A stretch of DNA of 64,000 bases from a virus: positions 1-64,000 of IMG/VR virus record IMGVR_UViG_3300030333_002570; one strand, 5' to 3'. Below, piece after piece: positions 26,056 through 37,013 of the stretch. The translations under genes were made by a program, and so were the position numbers. The notes beneath the pieces were generated by a model that saw only the letters and a program-made list of their open reading frames with translations, had not been told where the DNA came from and ran no database searches. The stretch's first letter is position 1. Every line of letters begins with the position of its first letter.

Positions 26056-27387
26056 GTGGGAACTAAAAAGATATCTCAGTTAGAGACAATATCAGATGCT
26101 AATTTATCTGGAGAAGCAATTCTTCCAGTGGTAGTTTCTGACCCATTGATTCCTAATAGAAAAGCAAAAGTAAATCAATTATTCAAAGGAGTGGCACAGG
26201 GAACCAAAGCGAACCCTGGTCTCTCCTTTGACCTTGATAGGGACAGTGGATTGTACCAATCAGCATACGATCAATTAGGTATTGCGTTTGGTGATGGTGG
26301 ATTTTATATGTCTAGAATTGTCAATAGTGCAACGAGTACATCTTTGTATATCGCTGCTGTTGATGATGTTGCTGATAATGCTGATATAGTATTCTCACCA
26401 AAAGGTTCGGGTTCTGTTAAAGTAACAGGGCAATTTGAAATTGATGACTCTGCTTTTGTTTTAACAGACGCACAAGGACCGAAAGCGAGATTTGAAGTAA
26501 GTAACGTAGGAACTGGAACGGCTACACGTATATTCACATTTCCTGCAATTACTTCTGGTAGTGGAACAACAATAGTTGGTTCTGATACTACACAAACATT
26601 AACCAATAAGACTATTCTTATTGATGAAGATAATTTTGTTATTACAGATAATACTGAGGAAGCAATATTCCAGATTAACTGGTCTATTACTTCAGGAGCA
26701 CGTAGATCATATTTCTTACCTGATGCTGGTACAGTAACTACAACTGCTGAACCAACTGCAACAGTATCTACATTACTTGATACTAAAGCAGAGCAAACTA
26801 CTTTAAATAAAACTTTAGTTAATCCAAAACTTGCTGCTACTGCGGATTCAACTTCTAAAGCAACATTTGATTCTTCTGCCTTAACAGCAAATAGAAATAT
26901 CACAGTTCCTGATACAAATATTACTTTAGTAGGAACTGATGCAACTCAGATTTTAGAAAATAAAACAGTTAAGAATTTGATTCTTGCTGATGATACAGAT
27001 ATAACTAAAAAATTAAATTTTGACTTATCTAATCTTAATACAGCAACTAATAGAAAGTTAGGATTCCCAGCAACGGATGACCTAAATACTACTGTTAGTG
27101 ATACTAACGTTATTGTTCTTGATAAGGCAACTCAAACTTTAGAGAATAAGTTTCTAGTAACTTCAGGTTTCCAAAAACCAGCAGCAGGTGGTGGACAACA
27201 ATCTAAAGTTACTATAGATACTAGTAACATAACTGCTGACAGGAACATTAAGTTTCCAGATGCAGATGCTACGCTCTTATCAACTCAAAACGTTGCTCTT
27301 GAAGATGTTACTTTTGGTGCAGGTATTGGAGCAAACAACTTAACGGGACAAACCCGACTACAACAATTCTTTTACGCAGGATTCTAA
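26056..27387 (+). CDS. Virion structural protein (fibre/baseplate-associated)
   Basis: KISQL start, repeated T.VGTD.TQTL.NKT units, Thr-rich. Confidence 0.75.
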   Translation: MGTKKISQLETISDANLSGEAILPVVVSDPLIPNRKAKVNQLFKGVAQGTKANPGLSFDLDRDSGLYQSAYDQLGIAFGDGGFYMSRIVNSATSTSLYIAAVDDVADNADIVFSPKGSGSVKVTGQFEIDDSAFVLTDAQGPKARFEVSNVGTGTATRIFTFPAITSGSGTTIVGSDTTQTLTNKTILIDEDNFVITDNTEEAIFQINWSITSGARRSYFLPDAGTVTTTAEPTATVSTLLDTKAEQTTLNKTLVNPKLAATADSTSKATFDSSALTANRNITVPDTNITLVGTDATQILENKTVKNLILADDTDITKKLNFDLSNLNTATNRKLGFPATDDLNTTVSDTNVIVLDKATQTLENKFLVTSGFQKPAAGGGQQSKVTIDTSNITADRNIKFPDADATLLSTQNVALEDVTFGAGIGANNLTGQTRLQQFFYAGF

Positions 27388-27396
27388 TTATTCAAA

Positions 27397-28881
27397 ATGG
27401 CAGACCAAGGACTTCTAGGACAATCGAAACCAGCAGCAACTACAAACACCATTTTGTATTCTGCACCGATTAATTCATCAGCTAGTGCAGTGTTAACTAT
27501 TGCAAATGATGGAACTGGAGCAGCATATGATGTTGCAATTAAAGATTACGATCAAGATTTAACACTCGATGCAGCGACGTATAAATTGCATCCAGGTGAC
27601 TTAATTACAGATTATAGAGTTACATTAAATACTCCATTACCTTTATCTGCTGATCTTTTTGCAGGTACTAAACTTACATCAACTGATGGTGAGAAAAGTT
27701 TTTATTTTGAATCATTTTATGTTCCACCAACTACTGAGATTGATGTTAAATCTATTGCTATTCGTCAGATAACTGTTGAATCTGTAACAGGAACTTTTGC
27801 TGTTGCTGAAACACTTACAAAAGGAACTGGTGGTGATACTTCTACAACTACAATTTACGGTGCTCTTATTGGACAGGGTAGTGTAGTTCTTTATGTTGGT
27901 CCTTCTACGATTAATGGATCTGGATCTGAATTTGCTGCAGGTGATAGTGTATCATCAACTGGTGGTGCTAGTGCAACTGTATCCAGTGGTGGTGTTGGAG
28001 CAGCATCTAATGATTTTGTTTTATCAACAAATGGTGGAACATCTTATAATATGTTTATTAATGATGGTGTTTCAGGTAGTGGTGGTGAAGATATTACTGT
28101 GTTTGGAGACAGAACTTATAAATTTGATGTTTCTGACGCATCAATGTCAGGTTTAGATTTTAGTCTATCTACTACTGTTAATGGTGAGTGGGGTCCTGAT
28201 GGTACTGCTGGTAACTCTGATGATGGAACAGAATACACTACTGGTAGAACAGCAAGTGGAACTCCTGGTCAAGCAGGTGCTCATGTCACATATGACTTTA
28301 CTGCTAACACAAGTTTACCAGGTCAGTTATACTTTTATGAAGGAACAACTGGAACTGCTGCTAACTCAGGTTACGGTGGAGCTAATCGTCTGTTGAATAC
28401 TTCTTCATCATACACTTATACTGAATTGTATATCTATGATAAAGAAGGAACATGGGTAAACTCTACTGATGGATTTACTTATGGTGGAACGACTTATACT
28501 GTGACTGCTCAAACTGCTGGTCCTTATGGTTATGTTCGTAGTTACAATAGTACTTCGCTTAAAGTGATTTTAGGAACTGGATCTGCTGCTTTTGCAGGAA
28601 CAGATACATTTAGAGATGTTCCTAAATCAAATACAGGAACTCGTACTACTGCAACAGTAAGTAGTGTTGCCGTAGCTCAAACTGCTTTAGCAGGAACAGA
28701 GTATATTGCTAAAGATGTTACTAATGGGAACAACGAAATTGATAGAATTACATCTATCGTTATTGGACCTGGTGAGAATCTCATAGTCGAAAGTGCAACT
28801 CAAAATAACGTCTTCAGTCTTGTTGGATTTGAAGATGCTTCTACTGCATTTACAACTAGAGTATTTGGTGCTACTTCATAA
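27397..28881 (+). CDS. Virion structural protein
   Basis: 494 aa, Thr/Gly/Ser-rich beta protein in a late operon. Confidence 0.75.
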   Translation: MADQGLLGQSKPAATTNTILYSAPINSSASAVLTIANDGTGAAYDVAIKDYDQDLTLDAATYKLHPGDLITDYRVTLNTPLPLSADLFAGTKLTSTDGEKSFYFESFYVPPTTEIDVKSIAIRQITVESVTGTFAVAETLTKGTGGDTSTTTIYGALIGQGSVVLYVGPSTINGSGSEFAAGDSVSSTGGASATVSSGGVGAASNDFVLSTNGGTSYNMFINDGVSGSGGEDITVFGDRTYKFDVSDASMSGLDFSLSTTVNGEWGPDGTAGNSDDGTEYTTGRTASGTPGQAGAHVTYDFTANTSLPGQLYFYEGTTGTAANSGYGGANRLLNTSSSYTYTELYIYDKEGTWVNSTDGFTYGGTTYTVTAQTAGPYGYVRSYNSTSLKVILGTGSAAFAGTDTFRDVPKSNTGTRTTATVSSVAVAQTALAGTEYIAKDVTNGNNEIDRITSIVIGPGENLIVESATQNNVFSLVGFEDASTAFTTRVFGATS

Positions 28882-28921
28882 AGCACAGAGATAAATAACC
28901 ATATAGGAATGCGAATAGGTA

Positions 28922-31900
28922 ATGTCACTAACTAGGCTAAAGAATATTATTACGTCCAGAACAGGACGTATTATCTATGTTAACCCTGACGATTTCGATG
29001 CTTCTGATGCTATTGATAACAGGGGTAACTCAGCATTGCGTCCTTTTAAGACATTGCAACGAGCATTTCTTGAGGTAGCAAGATTTTCATATAGAGTTGG
29101 ATTAGCAAACGACGAATTTGATGCCTTTAGCATCATGCTATATCCTGCTGAATATATTATTGACAACCGTCCTGGTGAAGTTCTTTATACTAATATTCCA
29201 CCTATAGATGCTAACTCTAACCTTGATTTAACATCTTCCAATAATGTATTATACAAATATAACTCAGTCGAAGGTGGTGTTATTGTACCTAGAGGTTGTT
29301 CTGTTGTTGGTACAGACCTTAGAAGAACTAAAATAATTCCAAAATATGTTCCATATCCTACTACCTTTACTCAAGGTGGTATTCTTAACGAAGCACAAGT
29401 CCCACCAAGATCAGCAATTTTCAAGGTAACTGGTGGTACTTACTTCTGGCAATTCTCATTCTTCGATGGTGCAGAAGAAGGAGTATATTTCAAACCTGAT
29501 TCTACTTCAACATTAGCACCTAAGTATTCACATCATAGACTTACATGTTTTGAGTTTGCTGATGGTTTAAATCCATTATCAACACTCATTTCTCAAGGTA
29601 ATGTTCCTAATGCAGATTATTCTGCTGTTGATGGTATTCTTACAAGAACTGACTTAGACATATATTATCAGAAGATATCTAAAGCATTCGCAACAATTCC
29701 TGATACATCTGGTGATCCATCTGCTGACCAAATTCAAGCAAGGGTTGAAGAAAACAGAATTGTTGGTCCGATTTCAGATGAATATAAAGTTTCTACTATT
29801 ATTAGAAATGGACAAACTGCTACAGCATATACTGTAGATGAGGCAGGTGGTGCAAGAGCACATGGATTCTCTGTTGGTGTTAATATTAATATTTCTGGTG
29901 TTACTGGTTCACAAGGTCCACAGTCTGAACTTGATGCTGGACTTTATAATGGTTCATTTACTGTTACATCTGCAACGAATAGCACATTCACGTATCAGAT
30001 GTCAGCAGAACCTTCTGGTACTGCTAGTGGTACTAATATAACAGTTAAGACTGAGATTGATACTGTTGACTCAGCATCACCATACGCATTTAACCTATCA
30101 CTAAGAAGTGTGTGGGGTATGAATGGTATGCACGCTGATGGTGCTAAGGCAACTGGTTTCAAATCAATGGTTGTGGCACAGTTTACTGGATTGTCACTAC
30201 AAAAAGATGATAGAGCATTTGTAAGATATAACGCATCAACTGGTAACTATGATGTAGCAACTGATGGAGATGGTGCTCACTTAGATGGATTTGCTGAGTA
30301 TAGAAAGGATTGGGGTCATAGACACATTATGGCATCTAATGATGCTTTCATTCAGGCAGTTTCTGTTTTCGCTGTTGGATTCCAAGGACACTTTACAGCA
30401 CTTAATGGTGCTGACATGTCAATTACTAACAGTAATAGTAACTTTGGTAGTATTGCACTTAGATCTGCTGGATTTAAGAAGAAAGCATTCTCTAAAGATA
30501 AGGCAGGTACATTAACTCATATCATACCACCTAAAGCACTTAATGTTATATCAACAACTGCTACAGGAACTAATGGTGCTAACTCAATTACACTTGCTAA
30601 TGATGGTAGTGTTAATGGTTTGATTGAGGGAATGATTGTTTCAGGAGCAGGTATTGCTGCTGGATCAACAGTTCAAAATATTAACGTAAATACAAGAGTT
30701 GTTACATTATCTACTGTTAACACTGCAACTGTTAATGGTAATGTTATCTTTGGTGAAGAAACTTCTGTTAACTGGGTTAACATTGATATTCAAAGAACTA
30801 GAACTATTAACCAACAGTTAGGACAGGTTGGTGGAACTCCTGGTACTAGATTATATCTCTATGGTTATACAGTTCAAGCATCACCACCAACTACAAGAGT
30901 TCAAGGTTATACAGTTGGTGCTAGACAAGATGGTACTGGAAATAGTGCAGTAGCAGATAAAATTAACTGTCTATTAATTCCATCTCAAGGTCAGGAGGCA
31001 GAAGTTAAATCTGCAAGTATTACACCTTATGGTCCTAGCGTATCTGGTGTTGCTGCTGGTACTGATGGTTCACCATTACAATATGATGAATCAACATATA
31101 CTATTGGTGGTGTTGCAGGAACAGTCGGTGGTTGGTATCTATCTGTTAGTGCAACTGACAATGGAATATATAATGTCCTTGATACTAACACAACAACTTA
31201 TGCGAATGTTAACTTTACACCTACTACATTCCTTAAGAGAATACCTGACCCAAGAGACTTACAAGATAGAACATATCGTGTTCGTTTAGAAATTGATAAG
31301 GATAAGACTAATCCATTACCAAGAGATCCTATCTCTGGTTATGTAATGCAACCTTTGAATAGTGATACAACATCATTTAATTTAAGTAAGTGTTTCTATG
31401 TGTATGATATAGAAGTAGTTCAAGTATGGGAAAGAGGTGTCAAGAATGGTATCTATTACATAACACTTCTTTGTGCATCTATTGCACCTTCAACTTCTAA
31501 CTTTAATGATAGGAAGTTCTCTCAGAATGTTAATGAAGTATATCCTACATTTGATAGAGATAATCCAGTAGCAGACCCAACTGAATCGGTATCTGTTGCT
31601 GATAATGAAGTTATTGGATTGGTTAATGCAACTGATGGTGCTACACCACCTAATAAAGATCCTAAGTTGTCCATAACTAAGGAAGCAACTAAGTTCTTAT
31701 TAAGTGATAGTGGATGGACAAATCCAGGTACTACTCCAAACTATGACTCTGTAAATAATAGATTATCTAGTGTAGAACTTACTGCAAGAGCAGGTGATGA
31801 GGAAGTTAGAAAGATTAATATAAGAGAGAATAATGATGGAACAGTTAATCCTATTGCTGTTGAGTTTAGACGACACTCAATTCTAAGATCTGGTAACCAT

Positions 31901-32902
31901 ACATTTGAATATCTCGGTTTTGGACCAGGTAACTATTCAACTGCATTCCCTCAAACTCAGGTTGAGACTCTTACACAGAACCAAGTTAGGTTCTCACAGA
32001 GTATTAAAGAAGAAGCAGGAGTTGCTTTCTATTCAGGATTGAACTCTAATGGTGACCTATTCATTGGTAACCAGGTTATTAACCCAGTTACAGGTCAGGT
32101 TACTTCAGAAGATATTGCACAGTTGAATGTTGTTGGTGAAGAAAATACCACTATTGAAACATTCTCTGAGGTTGTTCTTACTGATAAACTAACTGTTATT
32201 GGTGGAGCATCTAACCAGTTAGAATCTATCTTTGCTGGTCCTGTTACATTCCAAGGTCTAACAACCTTTACAAGTAACCTACAGTCTAAGAAGATTTCAT
32301 ACTTTAACCAAGATGGTACTGTTATTAAGCAGACATTACTTGCACCTAGACTTGCAAATGGTTTACCTGACTTCTCTAATATCACAGGGTATGATACTCC
32401 TGCTGATGGTGACTTAGTTTATGATATTAATTGGCAACCAGGTTTATCTCTTGGATGGATCTATTATGGTCAAGCATGGAAAGAATTTGGTTTAACTGAT
32501 ACTGGTAATATTAATATTGCTACAGATGGAACAGGTAATATTGGTTTAGGTGAAGCAGCACAATCAACAGAAAGAGTAAGAGTTAATGGTAATGTAAGAG
32601 TTGACGGTGACTTGGTTGTTACTGGTCGAGGTGGTGTTTCTGCTGATAAGTATGTTACTAGAACATATACTGGTGATGGAACAACTCTTAACTTTGCTAT
32701 TACTACTTACACAGGTGGTGTATCACATACAGCAAGTTCAGTATTAGTATTCTTAAATGGTGTTGCACAAATTGGTGGAACTACTGCTCAAGTTACTGGT
32801 GGAACTGCTAACTACTCATGTAGTGGTACAAACGTAACATTTGGATCAGGTGATGCTCCTCTAGCAGCAGACACTGTTCACATTGTCGAATTACCTATCT
32901 AA
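28922..32902 (+). CDS. Large virion structural / tail-fibre-like protein
   Basis: 1326 aa; MSLTRLKNII..G.IIYVNP.DFDA.D...NRGNS..RPFKTLQRA N terminus typical of cyanomyovirus structural proteins. Confidence 0.8.
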   Translation: MSLTRLKNIITSRTGRIIYVNPDDFDASDAIDNRGNSALRPFKTLQRAFLEVARFSYRVGLANDEFDAFSIMLYPAEYIIDNRPGEVLYTNIPPIDANSNLDLTSSNNVLYKYNSVEGGVIVPRGCSVVGTDLRRTKIIPKYVPYPTTFTQGGILNEAQVPPRSAIFKVTGGTYFWQFSFFDGAEEGVYFKPDSTSTLAPKYSHHRLTCFEFADGLNPLSTLISQGNVPNADYSAVDGILTRTDLDIYYQKISKAFATIPDTSGDPSADQIQARVEENRIVGPISDEYKVSTIIRNGQTATAYTVDEAGGARAHGFSVGVNINISGVTGSQGPQSELDAGLYNGSFTVTSATNSTFTYQMSAEPSGTASGTNITVKTEIDTVDSASPYAFNLSLRSVWGMNGMHADGAKATGFKSMVVAQFTGLSLQKDDRAFVRYNASTGNYDVATDGDGAHLDGFAEYRKDWGHRHIMASNDAFIQAVSVFAVGFQGHFTALNGADMSITNSNSNFGSIALRSAGFKKKAFSKDKAGTLTHIIPPKALNVISTTATGTNGANSITLANDGSVNGLIEGMIVSGAGIAAGSTVQNINVNTRVVTLSTVNTATVNGNVIFGEETSVNWVNIDIQRTRTINQQLGQVGGTPGTRLYLYGYTVQASPPTTRVQGYTVGARQDGTGNSAVADKINCLLIPSQGQEAEVKSASITPYGPSVSGVAAGTDGSPLQYDESTYTIGGVAGTVGGWYLSVSATDNGIYNVLDTNTTTYANVNFTPTTFLKRIPDPRDLQDRTYRVRLEIDKDKTNPLPRDPISGYVMQPLNSDTTSFNLSKCFYVYDIEVVQVWERGVKNGIYYITLLCASIAPSTSNFNDRKFSQNVNEVYPTFDRDNPVADPTESVSVADNEVIGLVNATDGATPPNKDPKLSITKEATKFLLSDSGWTNPGTTPNYDSVNNRLSSVELTARAGDEEVRKINIRENNDGTVNPIAVEFRRHSILRSGNHTFEYLGFGPGNYSTAFPQTQVETLTQNQVRFSQSIKEEAGVAFYSGLNSNGDLFIGNQVINPVTGQVTSEDIAQLNVVGEENTTIETFSEVVLTDKLTVIGGASNQLESIFAGPVTFQGLTTFTSNLQSKKISYFNQDGTVIKQTLLAPRLANGLPDFSNITGYDTPADGDLVYDINWQPGLSLGWIYYGQAWKEFGLTDTGNINIATDGTGNIGLGEAAQSTERVRVNGNVRVDGDLVVTGRGGVSADKYVTRTYTGDGTTLNFAITTYTGGVSHTASSVLVFLNGVAQIGGTTAQVTGGTANYSCSGTNVTFGSGDAPLAADTVHIVELPI

Positions 32903-32929
32903 ATATAAGCGAGGATCTTCTAATACGCT

Positions 32930-33352
32930 ATGGCAATATCTAGGATTAGTGGAAATCAGATCTCCACTTCAACAGCAGCAATTATAACAACTTTGAGTTT
33001 TCTAAACACTAATAGTGTTTTTAGGTTACCTGCAGGTACTACTGCTCAAAGACCAACAAGTGTTAGTGTAGGAACACTAAGATTTAATACTACATTAGAC
33101 GCTGCAGAAATTTATAAAGCAGATGATGGAACTGGAAGTGCAGGTTGGGCATCTGTATCTGGTGGTGGACCCGCTATAGGAACTGATAGTGTTGTTAGAA
33201 CAAATCCTAATACTATTGGAGAGAATCTTACTATTGGTCCTACAGCAAATAATGGTAGTGAATATGCTAACGGAATGACCGCAGGTCCGATAACGGTGAA
33301 CACAGGTTTCACGGTCACCGTAGAATCAGGAGCATCCTGGAGTATAGTATAA
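32930..33352 (+). CDS. Small virion protein with P.GTTAQRP adaptor domain
   Basis: LPAGTTAQRP....GTLRFNTT; C-terminal AGPITVNTGFTVTVESGASWSIV. Confidence 0.75.
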   Translation: MAISRISGNQISTSTAAIITTLSFLNTNSVFRLPAGTTAQRPTSVSVGTLRFNTTLDAAEIYKADDGTGSAGWASVSGGGPAIGTDSVVRTNPNTIGENLTIGPTANNGSEYANGMTAGPITVNTGFTVTVESGASWSIV

Positions 33353-34398
33353 TGGAATTAAAAGTAAACACTATTCGTGGTCTGTCTCCTGATTTCAGAA
33401 CCGACGTAGTGGATACTCTTGAGATGGGTGCTGAAGTAAAGTTACTCAATCAACAGTATCTTCCCGTACCTGCAGGTAGTGGATCAACTAGACCACCAGC
33501 AGCACAAGATGGTGCTATACGTTTTAATACCGATAGTGGTAAGATGGAATATTATGTTGGTAATGGATGGCAAATAGTAACAGATATTTCTGAAGAAGGT
33601 GGTGGTGGAAGTGCTGGTCCATATGTTGATGTTGATGCTCCTGCAAATAGAATAGAATGTTTCTGGGATGGTGCTCCTGCAAATGTTTCTGGAAATACAT
33701 GGTCATCATCAGCAGCACACCCCAATGTATCTAATGCTAACTGCATAATGCAGAACAGTCCATCATGGAACTCAGCGATTAGTGGTGGTGATGGAACTAT
33801 GGGATATTGGAACTTTAATGGATCTAACCAGTATGGTTACATTAGAGAACTTAACTATAGTCAAGGTGGACAACACGGACCTAGTAATAATGGTAGGTTA
33901 TCAGAATTTACTATGGGAACTTGGTTTAGAACTTCTTACGGTTCACCAGGTGGTAATACTTGGGACTCTGGAAACTGGTCATGGTTAGACTGGGATAGAT
34001 CAGAAGTTATATCATGGAACATTGGAACAACTGGAAAGGTACAGTTCTCTGGTTATAGTAACGCTGGTGGTTATTATGATATAACTGGTAATACATCATG
34101 TAATGATGGTCAATGGCACTTTGGTGCTTGCACTGTATCATCTGCTGATAGTCGAATAAGATTTTATGTTGATGGACAACCTGATGGTTCTCATAGTCAT
34201 AGTTTCTCATACTTTGGGGCAAGAACTAGACGTTGGGGATTCATTGGAGATGGTTCAGAAGCAGGTGGAGAAAATGGTTCTAGAAACAATGTTTACTATG
34301 ATGGTGATATAGCACAGCAATTCTTATTATCAATTAAATGGACTGATGCACAAGTATTAGATCATTATACTAAAACTAGAACAAGGGTAGGTGTATAA
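33352..34398 (+). CDS. Adaptor domain plus LamG/concanavalin-like lectin domain
   Basis: YWNFNGSNQY, FTMGTWF, NDGQWHFGACT, IRFYVDG, GDIAQ LamG-type motifs. Confidence 0.8.
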   Translation: MELKVNTIRGLSPDFRTDVVDTLEMGAEVKLLNQQYLPVPAGSGSTRPPAAQDGAIRFNTDSGKMEYYVGNGWQIVTDISEEGGGGSAGPYVDVDAPANRIECFWDGAPANVSGNTWSSSAAHPNVSNANCIMQNSPSWNSAISGGDGTMGYWNFNGSNQYGYIRELNYSQGGQHGPSNNGRLSEFTMGTWFRTSYGSPGGNTWDSGNWSWLDWDRSEVISWNIGTTGKVQFSGYSNAGGYYDITGNTSCNDGQWHFGACTVSSADSRIRFYVDGQPDGSHSHSFSYFGARTRRWGFIGDGSEAGGENGSRNNVYYDGDIAQQFLLSIKWTDAQVLDHYTKTRTRVGV

Positions 34399-34655
34399 TG
34401 AGTCAGATTAAACTTGGAAAATTACAGGGAACGGCAACAAATCTTAATCAGGTTACTATTGAACCTGGATATAAATTAAGAATAGCATCTGAAGGTACTA
34501 TAGATATGGTAGGGACTGGTGCATTCCAGTTACCTAGTGGTACTACTGCTCAACGTCCTGCTTCACCACAGGCAGGTTACATGCGTTGGAATACAACTAC
34601 TACTGAAGCAGAATTTTATAATGGAACTGAATGGAAGAATCTATCTGAAGAATGA
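34398..34655 (+). CDS. Adaptor-domain-only protein (85 aa)
   Basis: LPSGTTAQRP....GYMRWNTT...EFYNGTEW with no C-terminal head. Confidence 0.75.
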   Translation: MSQIKLGKLQGTATNLNQVTIEPGYKLRIASEGTIDMVGTGAFQLPSGTTAQRPASPQAGYMRWNTTTTEAEFYNGTEWKNLSEE

Positions 34656-35737
34656 GCACTATTAACGTCAACGAACTAAGAGGACACGAGACCACTGATT
34701 TCAGGGTTCAGATGCCTAGTGATGCTTATATTAATGTTAATGGCACACTTGAAGTTGAGTCTGGGTCATCACAATTTTGTTTACCAAAAGGAACTACTGG
34801 TCAAAGACCAACTAGTCCTACTGCTGGTATGATAAGATATAATACCGATTCATCTCAATTAGAATGGTATAATGGAACTGAATGGAAAGTAAAGGGTGGA
34901 CCTGTTGCTGATCCTAGTGGGGATGAAGGTGAGGGAGAACCAGAACCAGAACCACCATATACTGATCTTGATTCTGGGTCTGCTACTGTTGAATGTTTCT
35001 GGGATGGTGCTTCCGATCAAGTTAGTGGTAGTACATGGTTATCTAAAGAACAGCATCCTAATCTAAGTAATGCTAATTGTGAAATGGTTAATAGTCCTAC
35101 CTATACTTCATCAGTACCTGGTGGAGATGGATCTATTGGATATTGGAACTTTAATGGATCTAACCAGTATGGTTGGATTAGAGATTTGAATTATAGTCAA
35201 GGTGGATCACATGGTCCTAATAATAATGGTAGGTTATATAATTTTACAATGGGTATCTGGTTTAGAACTACATATGGAACACCAAATACAGGTGGTGGTT
35301 GGGACTCTGGAAACTGGTCATGGTTAGATTGGGATAGATCTGAAGTTATTTCTTGGAACATTGGTACTGCTGGTAAACTTCAGTTCTCTGGTTACAGTAA
35401 CAATGGTGGTTATTATGATATTACAGGTAATGCAACTTATAATGATGGGAACTGGCACTTTGGTGTTTGTACTGTATCAGCAGATAATAATCAGATAAAA
35501 TTTTATGGTGATGGTATAGCAGATGGTTCTCATAGTCATAGTTTTTCATACTTTGGAGCAAGAACTAGACGTTGGGGATTTATAGGGGATGGTTCTGAAG
35601 CAGGTAGTAATAATAGTAGTAGAAACAACGTTTATTATGAAGGTGATATAGCACAACTATTTTTAATTAATGAAGTTTGGTCTGAGTCAAAACAATTAGA
35701 ACATTATAATAAAACTAAAACTCGTTTCGGGCTATAA
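34652..35737 (+). CDS. Adaptor plus LamG-like domain, paralogue of 33352..34398
   Basis: Near-identical LamG motifs and exact DNA blocks shared with the paralogue. Confidence 0.8.
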   Translation: MSTINVNELRGHETTDFRVQMPSDAYINVNGTLEVESGSSQFCLPKGTTGQRPTSPTAGMIRYNTDSSQLEWYNGTEWKVKGGPVADPSGDEGEGEPEPEPPYTDLDSGSATVECFWDGASDQVSGSTWLSKEQHPNLSNANCEMVNSPTYTSSVPGGDGSIGYWNFNGSNQYGWIRDLNYSQGGSHGPNNNGRLYNFTMGIWFRTTYGTPNTGGGWDSGNWSWLDWDRSEVISWNIGTAGKLQFSGYSNNGGYYDITGNATYNDGNWHFGVCTVSADNNQIKFYGDGIADGSHSHSFSYFGARTRRWGFIGDGSEAGSNNSSRNNVYYEGDIAQLFLINEVWSESKQLEHYNKTKTRFGL

Positions 35738-35740
35738 ATA
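35733..35740 (+). promoter_or_regulatory. T4 late promoter
   Basis: TATAAATA. Confidence 0.75.
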
Positions 35741-35764
35741 TAAACATAGGAGTTATAGTATAAC

Positions 35765-36598
35765 ATGGCATCAGGTAAATTAACTATAGAAACCGCAAGT
35801 TCGAGTGTAGGTATTAATTTACCATTACATCCTGCTGAGAACTTACCTCAAGGAACAGTGGGTGATATTTGTTATGTTAAATCGTCTAACACTGCTGGTA
35901 GTTTGTATTTGTATACACCAAATGCTGATGGAAGTGCTAATAATTGGGTGAATACTGCACCTGGATCCTCTGAACCACCAGGTACTGCTTCTAACCCTGC
36001 TGCTTCTCCTAAAGCTATTAGAGATGCTGGTATAACTGCTGACGGGATATATTATATTGATACGGGTTCATTAGGAGTTCAACAAGTATATGTTAAGTTT
36101 GATTCGTTTGCTGGTGGTAGTATAGGTTCTACTAATGCTTGGGCATTAGTAAGTAGACATAACTCATATTCATATAGTAGTTACAATCAATATGGATACT
36201 TAGATTCTATTGAGACAACAACCTTTGGAACTAATAGTACAAGTGGTTGGTGGATAGATCAAAATGTATCTGGTAGAGGATGGTTGAATGATGTTAACTG
36301 GGTTTGTTATGAAGATACTAGTTTAGGACACTGGGCAACTGAAGCACAATCTGCTACACTATGGCAGACTTCGTTTATTCATACAACTTCATCTGGTTAT
36401 CCTTCAAATATAAGTTATACATTTAACTCATCATCTTGGGATGCTTCTGGTGGTGCTGTTGTATGTTGGTGTGAAGGTGTTGGATGCACAGAACACATAG
36501 AAGATAATAATGGTGGTGCATGTAGTGGAACGGATAGAATTAGAAATGATAATTATGGTGGAACTTCTCTTTTAAGGTATTGGGTAGCAGTAATATAA
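35765..36598 (+). CDS. Virion protein with fibrinogen-like (FReD-type) head
   Basis: PAASPKAI......DGIYYID......VYV.FD..GG.WALV. Confidence 0.6.
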   Translation: MASGKLTIETASSSVGINLPLHPAENLPQGTVGDICYVKSSNTAGSLYLYTPNADGSANNWVNTAPGSSEPPGTASNPAASPKAIRDAGITADGIYYIDTGSLGVQQVYVKFDSFAGGSIGSTNAWALVSRHNSYSYSSYNQYGYLDSIETTTFGTNSTSGWWIDQNVSGRGWLNDVNWVCYEDTSLGHWATEAQSATLWQTSFIHTTSSGYPSNISYTFNSSSWDASGGAVVCWCEGVGCTEHIEDNNGGACSGTDRIRNDNYGGTSLLRYWVAVI

Positions 36599-36602
36599 TG
36601 TA

Positions 36603-36986
36603 ATGGATTTTGCGAATTTATCTGAGGATATGCTACATTCTGGCATACCTATTGACTTAGTGGCAAAAGAAATCCGAATGCTTGCTTATAATCATATGAT
36701 AGATCAAGGTATTATGGAAATTAATGCTGAGGCATTTGCTGAGGATATGCGTCAGAGTGTTTATAAGTTACAGGAGAATAAACTCGAAAAAATTTCTCAA
36801 GGAAAAATTGACTCTTTAGAGTCTTCATATAAGGTTACTGATCTTGATATGAAGATGTCAATTTGTATGGATTGTGAGTTTCTTATGAAACCTGATAGCA
36901 TATATAAAAAATGTCAGAAATGCGGTTGTTTCATGGAACTCAAATGGAGAGTACCAGGAATGAAATGTCCTATAGGTCTATGGTAA
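36603..36986 (+). CDS. Hypothetical protein with C-terminal Cys cluster
   Basis: CMDC...CQKCGC...CPIGLW. Confidence 0.7.
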   Translation: MDFANLSEDMLHSGIPIDLVAKEIRMLAYNHMIDQGIMEINAEAFAEDMRQSVYKLQENKLEKISQGKIDSLESSYKVTDLDMKMSICMDCEFLMKPDSIYKKCQKCGCFMELKWRVPGMKCPIGLW

Positions 36987-37013
36987 TAAATAACTTTATA
37001 TTGGTAGAATAAA

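Noticed and set aside
26304-26903. 199-aa minus-strand ORF
   Set aside because: Antisense shadow of a Thr/Asp-rich structural gene; the codon bias explains the lack of stops, and there is no SD or recognisable motif
27990-28400. Cupredoxin-like copper site in the 494-aa structural protein
   Set aside because: The TY.FD.SD...G...Y segment lacks the Cys/His/Met ligands, so a metal site cannot be supported
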